From the IMG/VR virus record IMGVR_UViG_3300041411_000074, positions 25,365 through 89,364 of that record: 64,000 nucleotides of DNA; one strand, given 5' to 3'. Below, piece by piece: positions 38,602-48,778 of this stretch. The DNA comes from a virus. The notes below the pieces were generated by a model. It was not told where the DNA came from and did no database searches. It worked only from the letters and a program-made list of their open reading frames with translations. A program made the position numbers and the translations under genes. The stretch's first letter is position 1, and every line of letters starts with the position of its first letter.

Positions 38602-39480
38602 GTGTTAGTGAGTAGTCCAAGTGCAAAAGTAATTGCAGATAGTATGTTTGAAGGTAGTCGTCTAATCACACTTGAGATTGAACTTCACAGGTTTGTACTT
38701 CCTGAGTTCAACACTCATCGCAGTCCAAGTCGTAACTTTCAAAGCTCTCGTGCTGTACCAGTCAAACAAATGATTGAGCAAGTACGGAACAATCCAGCAC
38801 TCCCTGTACATTGGGGTAAGAATGAGCCGGGAATGGTTGCAAACAATCAACTCGCTGGCGAACAATTGGTTGATACAAAAGGTGAGTGGTTTCAAGCTGC
38901 AATGAATGCTGCTGATAGTGCCGAGTTTATGTTGGGTGAAGGTGCCCACAAACAAATTGTTAACCGTCTTCTTGAACCTTTCATGTGGACAAAAGGTGTA
39001 ACCACTGCAACTTACAAAGCTTGGCAAGCATTCTTTGACTTGCGTCTACACAAAGATGCCCAACCAGAGATTAGGGCATTAGCAGTAGAGATGAACAATG
39101 CAATAAATGAGAGCACTGTTGCAGAACTAGGACCTGATGATTGGCACATGCCCTACTTTGGAGATGGTTATTGGTTGAAAGGTTGTGGTATTCCACTTAA
39201 AGATGCTTTGATGATTTCCGCATCTTGCTGCGGACAAGTAAGTTATCGTAAATTAGATGATACTCTTGAGAAAGCTACAAAGATTTATGGTATGCTGAAC
39301 CTCCCAGAAAATGGGAGTTACAAAGAAGATCCGCCACACTTTAGTCCAACGGAACATCAAGCCCGTGCAGGGAATGGGGATTTTGAAATGAGTGGTAACT
39401 TCCATACACAAGACTCGTGGATGCAATACCGTAAGATTCTGGAACAAGGTGCAGAATACATTTACGTTGAGGAGAAATAA
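38602..39480 (+). CDS. thyX: FAD-dependent thymidylate synthase
   Basis: EFNTHR..SRN.QSSRA, HKQIVNRLLEP, FF.LR....AQPEIR, H.SP.EHQA. Confidence 0.85.
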   Translation: MLVSSPSAKVIADSMFEGSRLITLEIELHRFVLPEFNTHRSPSRNFQSSRAVPVKQMIEQVRNNPALPVHWGKNEPGMVANNQLAGEQLVDTKGEWFQAAMNAADSAEFMLGEGAHKQIVNRLLEPFMWTKGVTTATYKAWQAFFDLRLHKDAQPEIRALAVEMNNAINESTVAELGPDDWHMPYFGDGYWLKGCGIPLKDALMISASCCGQVSYRKLDDTLEKATKIYGMLNLPENGSYKEDPPHFSPTEHQARAGNGDFEMSGNFHTQDSWMQYRKILEQGAEYIYVEEK

Positions 39481-39669
39481 AATGATTATTGAACGAAGTG
39501 ACTATAGTGCATCAGCATGGTTTGCAGACCTGACCAACATTATTAAGAAACGTGGTTTTCTAGATAAGAAAGAAAATGCTTGGTTGGTAATTGAAGAAAA
39601 TATTGTTGATTTGATTGAGTTGTATGAGGGTGGTGCTTCACCATCCGAAGCATTTATGGAGTATTCGCA

Positions 39670-40032
39670 ATGAGTGTAGGATTTAATTTGAGCTTGTCGG
39701 ACCTCCTTCTTGTCCAAGGGTTTGCTCAAGCATTTGGAGAAGATAATAAAGAAGTAATTAATAAGTTCCTAGAACAGAACGGCATGGACACCAGCCAAGA
39801 AATTGATGAGGTAGTTTGTAAGCATCGTAATCTTCGTGGACAAGTTGTTGATTGTTTGATGTACCAAGGCCATGAACTAGAGACTAAAGCTTGGCTAGCC
39901 AGTGGTGCGGCATCATGGGATTGCATCGTAGACAACTGTGACCTAGACCTTCGGATTGCTCTTAAGTCAATGGGTAAGTCATATAATAATTCTGGTCATA
40001 TTATTTCTGAACTAGAACGACACAGTAATTAA
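39670..40032 (+). CDS. Hypothetical protein
   Basis: 120-aa ORF, ATGA-coupled. Confidence 0.7.
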   Translation: MSVGFNLSLSDLLLVQGFAQAFGEDNKEVINKFLEQNGMDTSQEIDEVVCKHRNLRGQVVDCLMYQGHELETKAWLASGAASWDCIVDNCDLDLRIALKSMGKSYNNSGHIISELERHSN

Positions 40033-40042
40033 GGGGTAAGAC

Positions 40043-42226
40043 GTGTTAAAAAGTGTAATCAAATATGATGGAAGCGTAGAAGAGTTCCGAGCTGAGAAGC
40101 TTAATAAGTGGGCACAATACGCGACTAAGACTGGTGGAGATTGGTCAGAGATTGCAATTTCTACCTACAAACGACTTCCAGAAATTGCTAAAGCATCTGA
40201 CATCCATCAGACAATGATTAACGTATGTCTGGATAAAGAGGAAATTGGTTACTCTCGTATTGCTGCTCGATTGGAACAAGCAAGTCTTCGAAAGAACATG
40301 GAGCGTCTTCTTCATGTAAGTGACCGAGATAGCTTTAAAGATATTTACAATGAAATGATTGGTAACGGTGTTTGGGACAAAGCAACAATGCCTGAATACA
40401 ACCCTGTGTGGGAAAGTTGGTATGAAGAGATTTATCCTAGCCGACTTGAATACTGGCAGATTGTTCAATGGGGTGATAAGTACGCTATTCGTAAAGATGG
40501 TGTTCCTGTAGAAACTCCTCACATTGGTTGTATGGGTATTGGTTTGGGTTTGCATGGTGATAGTCAGGATGCTTTTGATCTAGCTAAAGCTTTGGTTGAG
40601 GGTAAAGTAAACCTTCCTACCCCTGCACTTAATGGTATTCGTACTGGTGACTTCGACACTATCAGTTGCTGCATTATTACTGGTGGCGATACGGTAGATA
40701 GTATTGGTGTTGCAGAACACATTGCTTATAAGATGACAGCAAAGAAGGCTGGTATTGGTATCGAGTTTGATACACGCTCCAAAGGTTCTCCAGTTAAGGG
40801 TGGTGCAGTAGAGCATTTGGGTAAGCACAGTATTTATGCAACACTGGATCGTGCAGTAAAGATGTTTACTCAAGTGTCGCGGGGCGGTAGTGCAACAGTA
40901 ACCTTTAAATGTATTGACCCAGAAGTAGAAAGTATTGTAATGTGGAAAACCCAGCGTGTAGATATTGAAACCCGCTTGGATAAGATGGATTACAGCTTTG
41001 CTTACAATGATGCATTCTTGCAAGCTGTAATTAATAACGAAGATTGGTATTTGTTTGACTTGGTTGAAGCTCCAGAAGTTCATGATGCTTTCTATGTTTT
41101 GAAAGCTGTTGAGTATAATGAGGTTGTAAAGAAGTCGATTGATGGTGGTAAGAAGTTTAAGAAACTTAAAGCACGAGATTTGTTGAAGAGTGTGTTGATT
41201 GCACGAAATGAAACAGGTCGTGTCTACTCAATCAATGTAACTCGTGTGAATGAACATACACCTTTTATTGACGTTGTGCGTCTAAGCAACCTCTGCCAAG
41301 AAATATGCTTGGTGACAAACAAATATGTTGACATGCAAGACTTGTATGCCGAAGAGTCTATTGGTGAGACAGCTTTCTGTACTCTGGCAGCTATTAATGC
41401 TGCAAAGGTTAAACTTGCTGAATATGAACATGTTGCAAATGTTGCTTTGAAAGCTGTAGATAAGATGATTGACAAAGCACCAATGATGACAGCTTCCATG
41501 AAGAACAGCATTATGAAACGTCGAAGTGCTGGTATTGGTATCACCGGGCTTGCATCTGCTTTGTATAAAAATGGTTTGGATTATGATGGTAGTGAAGAGT
41601 CTTTCAACTTTGTAAGTCAGCTTGCTGAACACCATTATTTCTATTTGTTGAAAGCTTCACAGCAACTTAGTAAAGAAAGTGGATACGCTGTCGAAGGGAT
41701 TAAGAAAGATTGGCTGCCTATTGATACTGGCTACAACAAAGGTTATACTCCTGCGCTTGATTGGGAGTCTTTGCGGGGTAAAGATCGTAAGCATTCTGTT
41801 CTAGTGGCTCATATGCCTACTGAGTCCAGTGCTTTGTTCTGTGATGCACCTAACAGTTTGTATCCTATTCGTCAAGCCGTAATCAACAAGAAGTCACGTA
41901 AAGGTGTTATTCAATACATCTGTAAAGAGTGGACAAAGGGTAATCTACTAGCTTGGGATGTTGACAACACAACTCTGGCAAAGTATTATTCACGGGTTCA
42001 GGACTTCTCGGATCAGGCTATTAGTGCAGACTACTACTTTGATCCAAGTAAGTATGTAGATGAAAAGAAGCCTCTTAGTGAGCTGATGAAGGAATGGGTT
42101 GTGCAGGCTAAGCTAGGCAACAAGACTCAATACTACATGAACACCCGTGACTATAACGGTGGTGGTATTCAAGAGCTTCTTAGTACAGAAGTAGAAGAGG
42201 AAGCTTGCGAAAGCTGTAAGTTGTAA
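40043..42226 (+). CDS. nrdA: Ribonucleotide reductase class Ia alpha subunit
   Basis: ATP-cone-like N-terminus, SCC, SNLCQEI, MPTESS, KTQYY, C-terminal CESC. Confidence 0.95.
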   Translation: MLKSVIKYDGSVEEFRAEKLNKWAQYATKTGGDWSEIAISTYKRLPEIAKASDIHQTMINVCLDKEEIGYSRIAARLEQASLRKNMERLLHVSDRDSFKDIYNEMIGNGVWDKATMPEYNPVWESWYEEIYPSRLEYWQIVQWGDKYAIRKDGVPVETPHIGCMGIGLGLHGDSQDAFDLAKALVEGKVNLPTPALNGIRTGDFDTISCCIITGGDTVDSIGVAEHIAYKMTAKKAGIGIEFDTRSKGSPVKGGAVEHLGKHSIYATLDRAVKMFTQVSRGGSATVTFKCIDPEVESIVMWKTQRVDIETRLDKMDYSFAYNDAFLQAVINNEDWYLFDLVEAPEVHDAFYVLKAVEYNEVVKKSIDGGKKFKKLKARDLLKSVLIARNETGRVYSINVTRVNEHTPFIDVVRLSNLCQEICLVTNKYVDMQDLYAEESIGETAFCTLAAINAAKVKLAEYEHVANVALKAVDKMIDKAPMMTASMKNSIMKRRSAGIGITGLASALYKNGLDYDGSEESFNFVSQLAEHHYFYLLKASQQLSKESGYAVEGIKKDWLPIDTGYNKGYTPALDWESLRGKDRKHSVLVAHMPTESSALFCDAPNSLYPIRQAVINKKSRKGVIQYICKEWTKGNLLAWDVDNTTLAKYYSRVQDFSDQAISADYYFDPSKYVDEKKPLSELMKEWVVQAKLGNKTQYYMNTRDYNGGGIQELLSTEVEEEACESCKL

Positions 42227-42272
42227 ATAAATTAAAGGGGTTGCAAATGTAGCCCCACTTTAGGAGATAGAT

Positions 42273-43346
42273 GTGTCTGTATTTAACGCAAATAATAAAG
42301 GTTTTGAAACAAGTAAATACCCACTGTTCCTTGGTGAAGACTTGGGGCTGTTTGACACGATCAATGTGGCTTATCCTGAGCTGGAAGACCTGTACCAGAA
42401 ACAAGTAAGTCAAATCTGGAATGAGAACGAAGTCTCTCTGAGTCAAGACAAGCAAGACATGATCAATGCACCTAAAGATGTGGTTGATTTGATGGTAAAA
42501 ACCATCTCTTGGCAGTTCCTTGCAGATTCGGTGGCATCTAAGTCTATCGCAGGTTTGTTGATGCGCTATGTCACTAACTCTGAGCTTGAGGGCATGGTTA
42601 ATGCTTGGAGCTTCTTTGAAACTATCCACGCTCGTACCTACTCTCACATTGTTAAACAGACAGTGGTTAATCCTAACCAAGTGTTGCGTGATACCTATAA
42701 CAACATAGATATTGTTTCTCGCAGTGAAGCTATTGTAAAAGCTTTTGATCAACTTGAATCTCTACCAATCACAGCGAGCATTGAAGAGAAGCGGCGTGCT
42801 ATTGCTCTTGCATTTGCTGCACTATTTGCCCTTGAAGCAATTGCTTTTATGAGTAGTTTTGCTGTTACTTTTGCTATCGCAGAGACTGGTATCTTTCAAG
42901 GTATTGGCTCACTGGTAACTTTGATTGCTCGTGATGAAGTGCTTCACACACGCATGGATTATGCAATTCTAAACATTCTTAAACAAGATCCTGAGTGGTT
43001 GGAAACATTCTCTGAGCTTAAGGGTGAGATTAAAGGTGTGCTGGATGCAATCACAAACCAAGAAGTAAAGAATGCAAACTACTTGTTTAGTGAAGGGCGG
43101 CAGGTGATTGGTCTTACTGCTGAATTGCTTCAAGAATATACGTTGTATATGGCTAAACCTTTGTATGATGCACTGGGTATTCCTTTTGATTTCCAAGTGA
43201 TTGAAAAGAACCCTTGTTCTTACATGGATAAGTATATTGACAGTTCTAAGATGCAGGTGGCCCCACAAGAGATTCAACTGACAGCTTATAAAATTGGTTC
43301 TGTAAAAGACGATACTGACGAACTAGACCTCGATTTTGAAATGTAA
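42273..43346 (+). CDS. nrdB: Ribonucleotide reductase class Ia beta subunit
   Basis: D...E.IH..Y, LE...F, RDE.LH di-metal ligands. Confidence 0.95.
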   Translation: MSVFNANNKGFETSKYPLFLGEDLGLFDTINVAYPELEDLYQKQVSQIWNENEVSLSQDKQDMINAPKDVVDLMVKTISWQFLADSVASKSIAGLLMRYVTNSELEGMVNAWSFFETIHARTYSHIVKQTVVNPNQVLRDTYNNIDIVSRSEAIVKAFDQLESLPITASIEEKRRAIALAFAALFALEAIAFMSSFAVTFAIAETGIFQGIGSLVTLIARDEVLHTRMDYAILNILKQDPEWLETFSELKGEIKGVLDAITNQEVKNANYLFSEGRQVIGLTAELLQEYTLYMAKPLYDALGIPFDFQVIEKNPCSYMDKYIDSSKMQVAPQEIQLTAYKIGSVKDDTDELDLDFEM

Positions 43347-43355
43347 GGAGTTACA

Positions 43356-43589
43356 ATGATTACGATTTATGGTAAAGATAATTGCACATTCTGTGATCAA
43401 GCTAAAGCTTTGTGTGTTACTAAAGATATTGAGTTTGAATATCTGTCTCTTGGGGTTGACTTTGAACGAGATGATTTCATCAAGACTATGCAAGAACAGT
43501 TTGATGTGACTCCTCGCACAATGCCTCAGATTGTAGAGGGTGCATGCTACATTGGAAGCTTCGATTCTTTGAAGAAACATTTAGGCTGA
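43356..43589 (+). CDS. Glutaredoxin
   Basis: CTFC, T.PQI, IG motifs, directly after nrdB. Confidence 0.9.
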   Translation: MITIYGKDNCTFCDQAKALCVTKDIEFEYLSLGVDFERDDFIKTMQEQFDVTPRTMPQIVEGACYIGSFDSLKKHLG

Positions 43590-43619
43590 AGCTTGACACA
43601 ATAAAATAATCTGCTGCCT

Positions 43620-43660
43620 AGACCGTACTGAGCAGAGATGTTCATGCGGTCTTTTTCTTT
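43620..43660 (+). terminator. Rho-independent terminator
   Basis: agaccgta-ctgagca-gaga-tgttca-tgcggtct followed by a T run. Confidence 0.75.
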
Positions 43661-44082
43661 AGGGAGGGAAATAATATGAAAACATTTGAAATTATTTACT
43701 CATCGCAGTATGATGGCGATGACTTTGAACACTTTGTTGCAAATCTCAAGTCGTTTCAAGTAGACGCTGAGAATCGTGACCAAGCTTGCTTTGAGTTTGG
43801 TAAAGAAATAGGTTATACAGATATGACGATTGAAATTCTTAAAGTCACTGCTTTGGAGAAAACAGAATGAAAGGTTATGAAGATGTCTGTGCAGGCTTGT
43901 GCCTTCTGGTGGTTGTACTAGTCGGTGGATATGTGTATCTTGATTCGCAGGTTTATAAACAGAAACAAGTGTTACAAGTGGAAGCTGTAAAGCATAAAGC
44001 TACAACTGAATCCAAGAGTGATAAGACTATGTTTGAATCAGTGGTAAAACGTACCGAATAACTTTATTTTAAGCATAAAAAT

Positions 44083-44102
44083 AGCCCCGCATTGCGGGGC
44101 TT
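44083..44102. terminator. Bidirectional terminator between convergent blocks
   Basis: agccccgca-t-tgcggggct with an A run on the left. Confidence 0.8.
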
Positions 44103-44148
44103 AGTCTTGTCTGAGATATAGTGAATGGCGTCACTATTCAAATGTCTT

Positions 44149-44526
44149 CTATGGAAGTTCTTGTTTTTGTACCGGCTCACTGTTCTGATAGATAACAGCG
44201 TTCGACTGATTGTTGTTAATTATTTTCTGACTACTTTTCTTATCTAAAACTAATTGCTTCACTTGCATCTCAAGAATATACATACGCTGATTAGTAGACA
44301 CTTGGTAGCTGTCTTGATTCTCAGAAACCTTATTAAGTCTCCCGTCCACGTAATTAATATTGTTGGACATAACTTTTATGCTTTCTTGTTTGTATAACTC
44401 AAGCATCCCTGCAAAGTTAGAAGCCTCTTTAGTAGCAGATGCTGTATTGAGAAGTAAGATAAGCGTAGTGATTGCTAGCATTAAAAATGTAAGGCTTACG
44501 ATCCTATCTACTATAATCCATGCCAT
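44149..44526 (-). CDS. Membrane-anchored coiled-coil protein in the lysis cassette
   Basis: N-terminal TMD; AGGAG RBS. Confidence 0.65.
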   Translation of the reverse strand: MAWIIVDRIVSLTFLMLAITTLILLLNTASATKEASNFAGMLELYKQESIKVMSNNINYVDGRLNKVSENQDSYQVSTNQRMYILEMQVKQLVLDKKSSQKIINNNQSNAVIYQNSEPVQKQELP

Positions 44527-44549
44527 GAAGTTGCTCCTTACTGTCGGAG

Positions 44550-44828
44550 CTATTGCCCACTCTTGGTTTTCTGGAAGTACAAGTCAATTCGTGCAAGGAT
44601 GTCAGACTTCATGGCGGAGATGTTAGAGTTGATTCTGTCTTCAACATCTCTCAAATCACCCTTATCGACTTTAGTTGTCTGAAGAACAATAATAGTTCCC
44701 TCTAGTTTCTCAACTCGCTTGGATTGTTCTTGGAAAGCCCACACTGTCAGAGACAACACAGTAGCCATCAGGAATAATCCAATCCTTTCCCAATAATTAT
44801 TAATGCGGTTGCTTGGGTCATTTGGCAT
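44550..44828 (-). CDS. Single-TMD coiled-coil protein in the lysis cassette
   Basis: WERIGLFLMATVLSLTVW TMD followed by a coiled coil. Confidence 0.65.
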   Translation of the reverse strand: MPNDPSNRINNYWERIGLFLMATVLSLTVWAFQEQSKRVEKLEGTIIVLQTTKVDKGDLRDVEDRINSNISAMKSDILARIDLYFQKTKSGQ

Positions 44829-45096
44829 TATAAAGAAGTTCCTTGTCTCGTTTATTATCACGAAGCTTTTTCATCTGCTTCTTGTAAGCCCCAATACATC
44901 CTGTGTTCTTGTTGTAAGCAACAGCCAGTTCAATCAGACTCTCACCTGAAGGTACAGCTTTACAAGGATCAGTTAGAAGACTATCAGGGGGATACACCAG
45001 TACAGGTTTCGACGAGACAATAGGAGGAGTTGAGCAAGCGCTTAAGGTCATCAGACAGAAGCTCAGTCCCATCCAAAATAGTATTTGCTTCAGCAT
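44818..45096 (-). CDS. Outer-membrane spanin (Rz1-like lipoprotein)
   Basis: Lipobox LSAC, Pro-rich, overlaps the 3' end of the i-spanin. Confidence 0.85.
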   Translation of the reverse strand: MLKQILFWMGLSFCLMTLSACSTPPIVSSKPVLVYPPDSLLTDPCKAVPSGESLIELAVAYNKNTGCIGAYKKQMKKLRDNKRDKELLYNAK

Positions 45097-45424
45097 TTTT
45101 AGGTGCCTCTGAATTATTTGTATTTGGTGAAACTGGATGCTTAATACCAGATTTCAATTTAGATATCTGAGTTGTTAAGTCATCAACCTTATCTTTTAAG
45201 ACTTTCTTGTCAGCTTCTAAATCCACGGCGTCTTTGTCATCTTGTTTACAAGACAAATACTTCAAGTTAAGGGCGTTTTGATACCCTGCAATAGCTTCAG
45301 TTGTTCCCTTGAGTGCTTGTTCAGCTATCACCTTATCGTCGTGCAGAGATAGAGAAAGCCAGCCTAAAGACAGAGTACTTGCAGACAGTCCAAGGATAAT
45401 GTAGAACATTAAGCTATTGAACAT
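44984..45424 (-). CDS. Inner-membrane spanin (Rz-like)
   Basis: N-terminal TMD, coiled coil, C-terminal Cys. Confidence 0.8.
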   Translation of the reverse strand: MFNSLMFYIILGLSASTLSLGWLSLSLHDDKVIAEQALKGTTEAIAGYQNALNLKYLSCKQDDKDAVDLEADKKVLKDKVDDLTTQISKLKSGIKHPVSPNTNNSEAPKNAEANTILDGTELLSDDLKRLLNSSYCLVETCTGVSP

Positions 45425-45647
45425 TATCCTCTTCCTTATCTTCTTCAGATTGCTTGATAAAACGTCCGAGAAAACCAAGACTAGCTACACCACCCATCAC
45501 CAGAACAATATAGAAAGGACTCATATAAACAAGGCCCATTCCGAATGCTAGGGATAAGCCGTATGCAAGAGCTATCAGGATATTAGCGAATAGGCTAAGG
45601 GCTGAATAAGACTTGAGCTGCTTCTTCCAATCTTCAATTACTGTCAA
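45414..45647 (-). CDS. Holin (two TMDs)
   Basis: GGAGG RBS plus TTG; IEDWKK.LKSYS...GR.IKQ motif; lysis-cassette position. Confidence 0.75.
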   Translation of the reverse strand: MTVIEDWKKQLKSYSALSLFANILIALAYGLSLAFGMGLVYMSPFYIVLVMGGVASLGFLGRFIKQSEEDKEEDNVQ

Positions 45648-46623
45648 TTCGGGTTCCTCCATTATCAACATATATTTTATGTATGTTATCCATATTTGAC
45701 ACATATGTTGTCTCAGTGAACCCAGACCTAATTTCATCTTTAGGTAAAATACCACATACAAAGCTTTCCCTACACATTCTTTCAGCTAATGTGCAGGAAA
45801 TATTGTCGGGGAAGGAGTACACGGCATGATTTACAATATTGTAAATACTTCCTCTATTTAAACCTTTAAGTCTTTCATTTGAGTCCCTTGCGATACCAAA
45901 CTTAATAGCTATTGGAATATCAAGATCCATCACAATATTTATATAAGCCTGCCGTTGAGAGATGCTACCACAAGGGCAATACCTTCTACCTTTTTGTAAG
46001 CTTCTTGTGTTTGCTTTAGTTTTTACGCCACAATACCCACAAGCAACTTCCCAGAAACATCCGTCCCATTTATACCTATCACTAAGCTTTTTAAATATTG
46101 TGTCTGGGTGAAAATATCCTGATTCTTTGAAGGTATTTATATAAGTTTGCTCTGGTTTTGCAAATAACATTCCGCGTTGTTTGTAGGCACATTTTGGACA
46201 ACCAACACCATTGTACAATAACGAATTCAGGGTTGTTGACTCCCATATACCATGTTCACTACAGCTAAGTCTTGCTTTAGAGTTTAACCCTTTAAATTCC
46301 CCTACTGTATCAAGGAATTTTATTCCAATAGTTTCACAAGTCCTAGCACACAGAGTTTGAAGTTGATGCTCTTCCCAAGAAGGTGATGGAGAGCAGCCGC
46401 AAGGCAATTGCCCCGAAATTAATTTTGCTTTTGTGGATCTAAAAATTCCATTTGAAAACAGCTCGGGATCTTCTGCACATACATAACATTTCAATACGTA
46501 GTATTCAGACTTAGCAATCTTACCAATGACCTTTATCTGTTGTTCCGGGCCAAATAGTGGTTGAGTTTCTATCCAAGCGTTGCTTTCAAGGTCGGTTATG
46601 ATTGTTTGATCTATTAACTTCAT
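45634..46623 (-). CDS. Putative homing endonuclease (Zn ribbons plus GIY-YIG/T5orf172-like domain), paralogue of 2137..3135
   Basis: C.VC..DPEL, PCGC...P.W, C..HG, YINI.MD...IAIKFGIA, G.TETT. Confidence 0.7.
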   Translation of the reverse strand: MKLIDQTIITDLESNAWIETQPLFGPEQQIKVIGKIAKSEYYVLKCYVCAEDPELFSNGIFRSTKAKLISGQLPCGCSPSPSWEEHQLQTLCARTCETIGIKFLDTVGEFKGLNSKARLSCSEHGIWESTTLNSLLYNGVGCPKCAYKQRGMLFAKPEQTYINTFKESGYFHPDTIFKKLSDRYKWDGCFWEVACGYCGVKTKANTRSLQKGRRYCPCGSISQRQAYINIVMDLDIPIAIKFGIARDSNERLKGLNRGSIYNIVNHAVYSFPDNISCTLAERMCRESFVCGILPKDEIRSGFTETTYVSNMDNIHKIYVDNGGTRIDSN

Positions 46624-47125
46624 TGATAGCCTCTACTGGAACTTCGCCCATGCAATATTTATATTCCAATGAACGCCTAATAACCAAGCCCTTAAGCTTT
46701 TGCTTCTTAGCATAAACCCACTTGGTCAGCTCTTGACAAGCACCATCATAATCTTTTGCGTTAAGTTTCTTAAGCATTGTACTAGATGAGAAATTACCAA
46801 TCCCTGCATTGTAGACAAAAGAGAGCATTGCAGCGTGTTGATAATCAGACTTAAAAGGAACTTTAACAACAGATATCAACTGTTTATCATGTTCTTTTAA
46901 GTCTGTAGCCATTTGATCTAAACACTGATCATCTGTGTAAGTTTTGCCAAGCACAGCTTCTTTGCCAGTATTACCATAACAAACCGTTACGATACCAACA
47001 GGATCAATATAAGCTTTATTCTCTTTACCTTCAAAGGGAGCTACGATGAACGCTCCAGAAATTGCCAAGGCAGAGCCAAGACCAACCCCAAGAAGCTTTT
47101 TATACAAATTAGAGTTGGTTGACAT
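46586..47125 (-). CDS. SAR endolysin (GH24 lysozyme)
   Basis: Gly/Ala-rich N-terminal SAR; E-8x-D-5x-T triad (FEG..AYIDPVGIVTVCYG); GL..RR..E. Confidence 0.92.
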   Translation of the reverse strand: MSTNSNLYKKLLGVGLGSALAISGAFIVAPFEGKENKAYIDPVGIVTVCYGNTGKEAVLGKTYTDDQCLDQMATDLKEHDKQLISVVKVPFKSDYQHAAMLSFVYNAGIGNFSSSTMLKKLNAKDYDGACQELTKWVYAKKQKLKGLVIRRSLEYKYCMGEVPVEAINEVNRSNNHNRP

Positions 47126-47136
47126 ATACTAACCTC

Positions 47137-47658
47137 TTACCAAACAATTACGTCAATTTGAGCTTTATTTGTAGCAGCATCAACCGCCGCCATTAAAGAT
47201 GCCAACTTGACCTGAGCATCTTTAATGTGCTCATTCATGTCAATCATCACGTCTCTAATCTCTGTTGCTGTGTGGAGCTTCCATTGATAACGAGTACCAT
47301 CAGATGCCCACAGAGGTTCACTGGAGCTTGTCGCATCTGCAATATCCAAACGCATCTTCAAGTTAACTTGATCCACAAGACGACAATCATAGTTATGAAC
47401 TGCACCAAGAGAGGAAGATTGGAAGCTGGAACGAGTTATTTCATCCGAACAAGCACTCCTAATCTCATTTCGTTTAGCTTCAGCTAGTACGGGCAGAGGA
47501 GGTTGATAGACGTAAGGAACCCAATTTGCACCGTCCCAACGAACAGTCCCCGGAATATAATTGAAATCATCCCCAACTTCAATCAACTGGTCACCACTGT
47601 TCGACTCCATGTAACCGTAGGCTGTAAGTACCCCGTTCACATCAATAAACGCATTCAT
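47137..47658 (-). CDS. Tail fibre assembly protein (DUF4376-like)
   Basis: WDG..WV, SSSLGAVHNYD..DQ.NL, HTA.EI. Confidence 0.7.
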   Translation of the reverse strand: MNAFIDVNGVLTAYGYMESNSGDQLIEVGDDFNYIPGTVRWDGANWVPYVYQPPLPVLAEAKRNEIRSACSDEITRSSFQSSSLGAVHNYDCRLVDQVNLKMRLDIADATSSSEPLWASDGTRYQWKLHTATEIRDVMIDMNEHIKDAQVKLASLMAAVDAATNKAQIDVIVW

Positions 47659-47660
47659 AT

Positions 47661-48764
47661 TTATTCCCCACCATTAGGTACACTGTAGCCCGAAACGCCG
47701 AGTGTCACAATGTATCCAACCCCAGCGCCCACTACTAATTGATATGCAAAATTCTGGTTAATATTTTGCAGCCTCTTTACCGCGCCGGATACACCCGTAA
47801 CTCCGTTTGCCGCACCAGTACCTTGCATGCCAAACTGGACTGCAACAGCAGTGCCTGAAATCACGATATTACATTGCAAGTTGTACGCACCACTTGCCAG
47901 TGCAGTCAAGGCAAGGTTAGGACACCAGAGTTCAAATTGTAGTGCGTTCGGCGGAACCATTGTAGTCACTGGGATAGATGTTAACCCCGTAGAATTTCCG
48001 TTATTTACGGCCCCCGGTGATGTCTCATATTGGAACCAAGATCCGCGGATAAACCCTTTTGTTAGCAACCCACCAGACCCTAGATATACTGCATGAGCAT
48101 ACGCTGCATAAGAATATCCAGCAGGTAGTGTCGGTGCAGTAGCTGAGGTACTTGAGATCGTCGCAAGCGTTGTACCATTATAGATGAAGTGGAAGTGAAT
48201 CCACGAACTATTAGAAAAGGCACCTACTTGATCCCGCCCATTTGCTATAGGGCCTGCTGTCAAGATGTTGTTTGTTATTGTACCTGTATTAGTCAGGACT
48301 GCTGTATAACCTGTGGTAGGATTTCTCAGTGTAACTGATGCTGCACTAAAATCAAATTGTGTGTTAGGTGTGGTAACATTGTTATTACCAATCAACCCAG
48401 AAACACGAGAACTAGATTTGTTATTAAATGCTAAAGTCCAGTAAGTGTTAGAGGTGTCTGTTACTGGGTTTTGGCCAATGTTGTCAGCTACAGCTACATA
48501 AATCTGACCATCACTACCTTGTACATAACTACGAACGCCAGCAGCAGTAAAATAGTAGTTAGATAGAGAGTCCCACTCACTGATACCTTTCTGAAACAAG
48601 TGTACGATAGCTTCATCTTGACGATTTTGTGACCAATTCTCCCACTGAAGAGGAGGAACCTCAGCCCCCCAGCCGTCTTGAATTTTTACATCGCTTGGGG
48701 CTACTTTAGCACCGCCAGAGGCCCACACGTATTGAAAATTAGGCTTATTTGTTTCAACTGCCAT
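47661..48764 (-). CDS. Tail fibre protein
   Basis: WASGG..P...KI..GW..E.PP.QW.NW N-terminal anchor; position after the baseplate genes. Confidence 0.85.
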   Translation of the reverse strand: MAVETNKPNFQYVWASGGAKVAPSDVKIQDGWGAEVPPLQWENWSQNRQDEAIVHLFQKGISEWDSLSNYYFTAAGVRSYVQGSDGQIYVAVADNIGQNPVTDTSNTYWTLAFNNKSSSRVSGLIGNNNVTTPNTQFDFSAASVTLRNPTTGYTAVLTNTGTITNNILTAGPIANGRDQVGAFSNSSWIHFHFIYNGTTLATISSTSATAPTLPAGYSYAAYAHAVYLGSGGLLTKGFIRGSWFQYETSPGAVNNGNSTGLTSIPVTTMVPPNALQFELWCPNLALTALASGAYNLQCNIVISGTAVAVQFGMQGTGAANGVTGVSGAVKRLQNINQNFAYQLVVGAGVGYIVTLGVSGYSVPNGGE

Positions 48765-48778
48765 TTATATATTTCCTT

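Noticed and set aside
25515-43346. Group I introns or inteins in polymerase, helicase, thyX or nrdAB
   Set aside because: All are single ORFs of normal length with contiguous motifs; the endonucleases are intergenic
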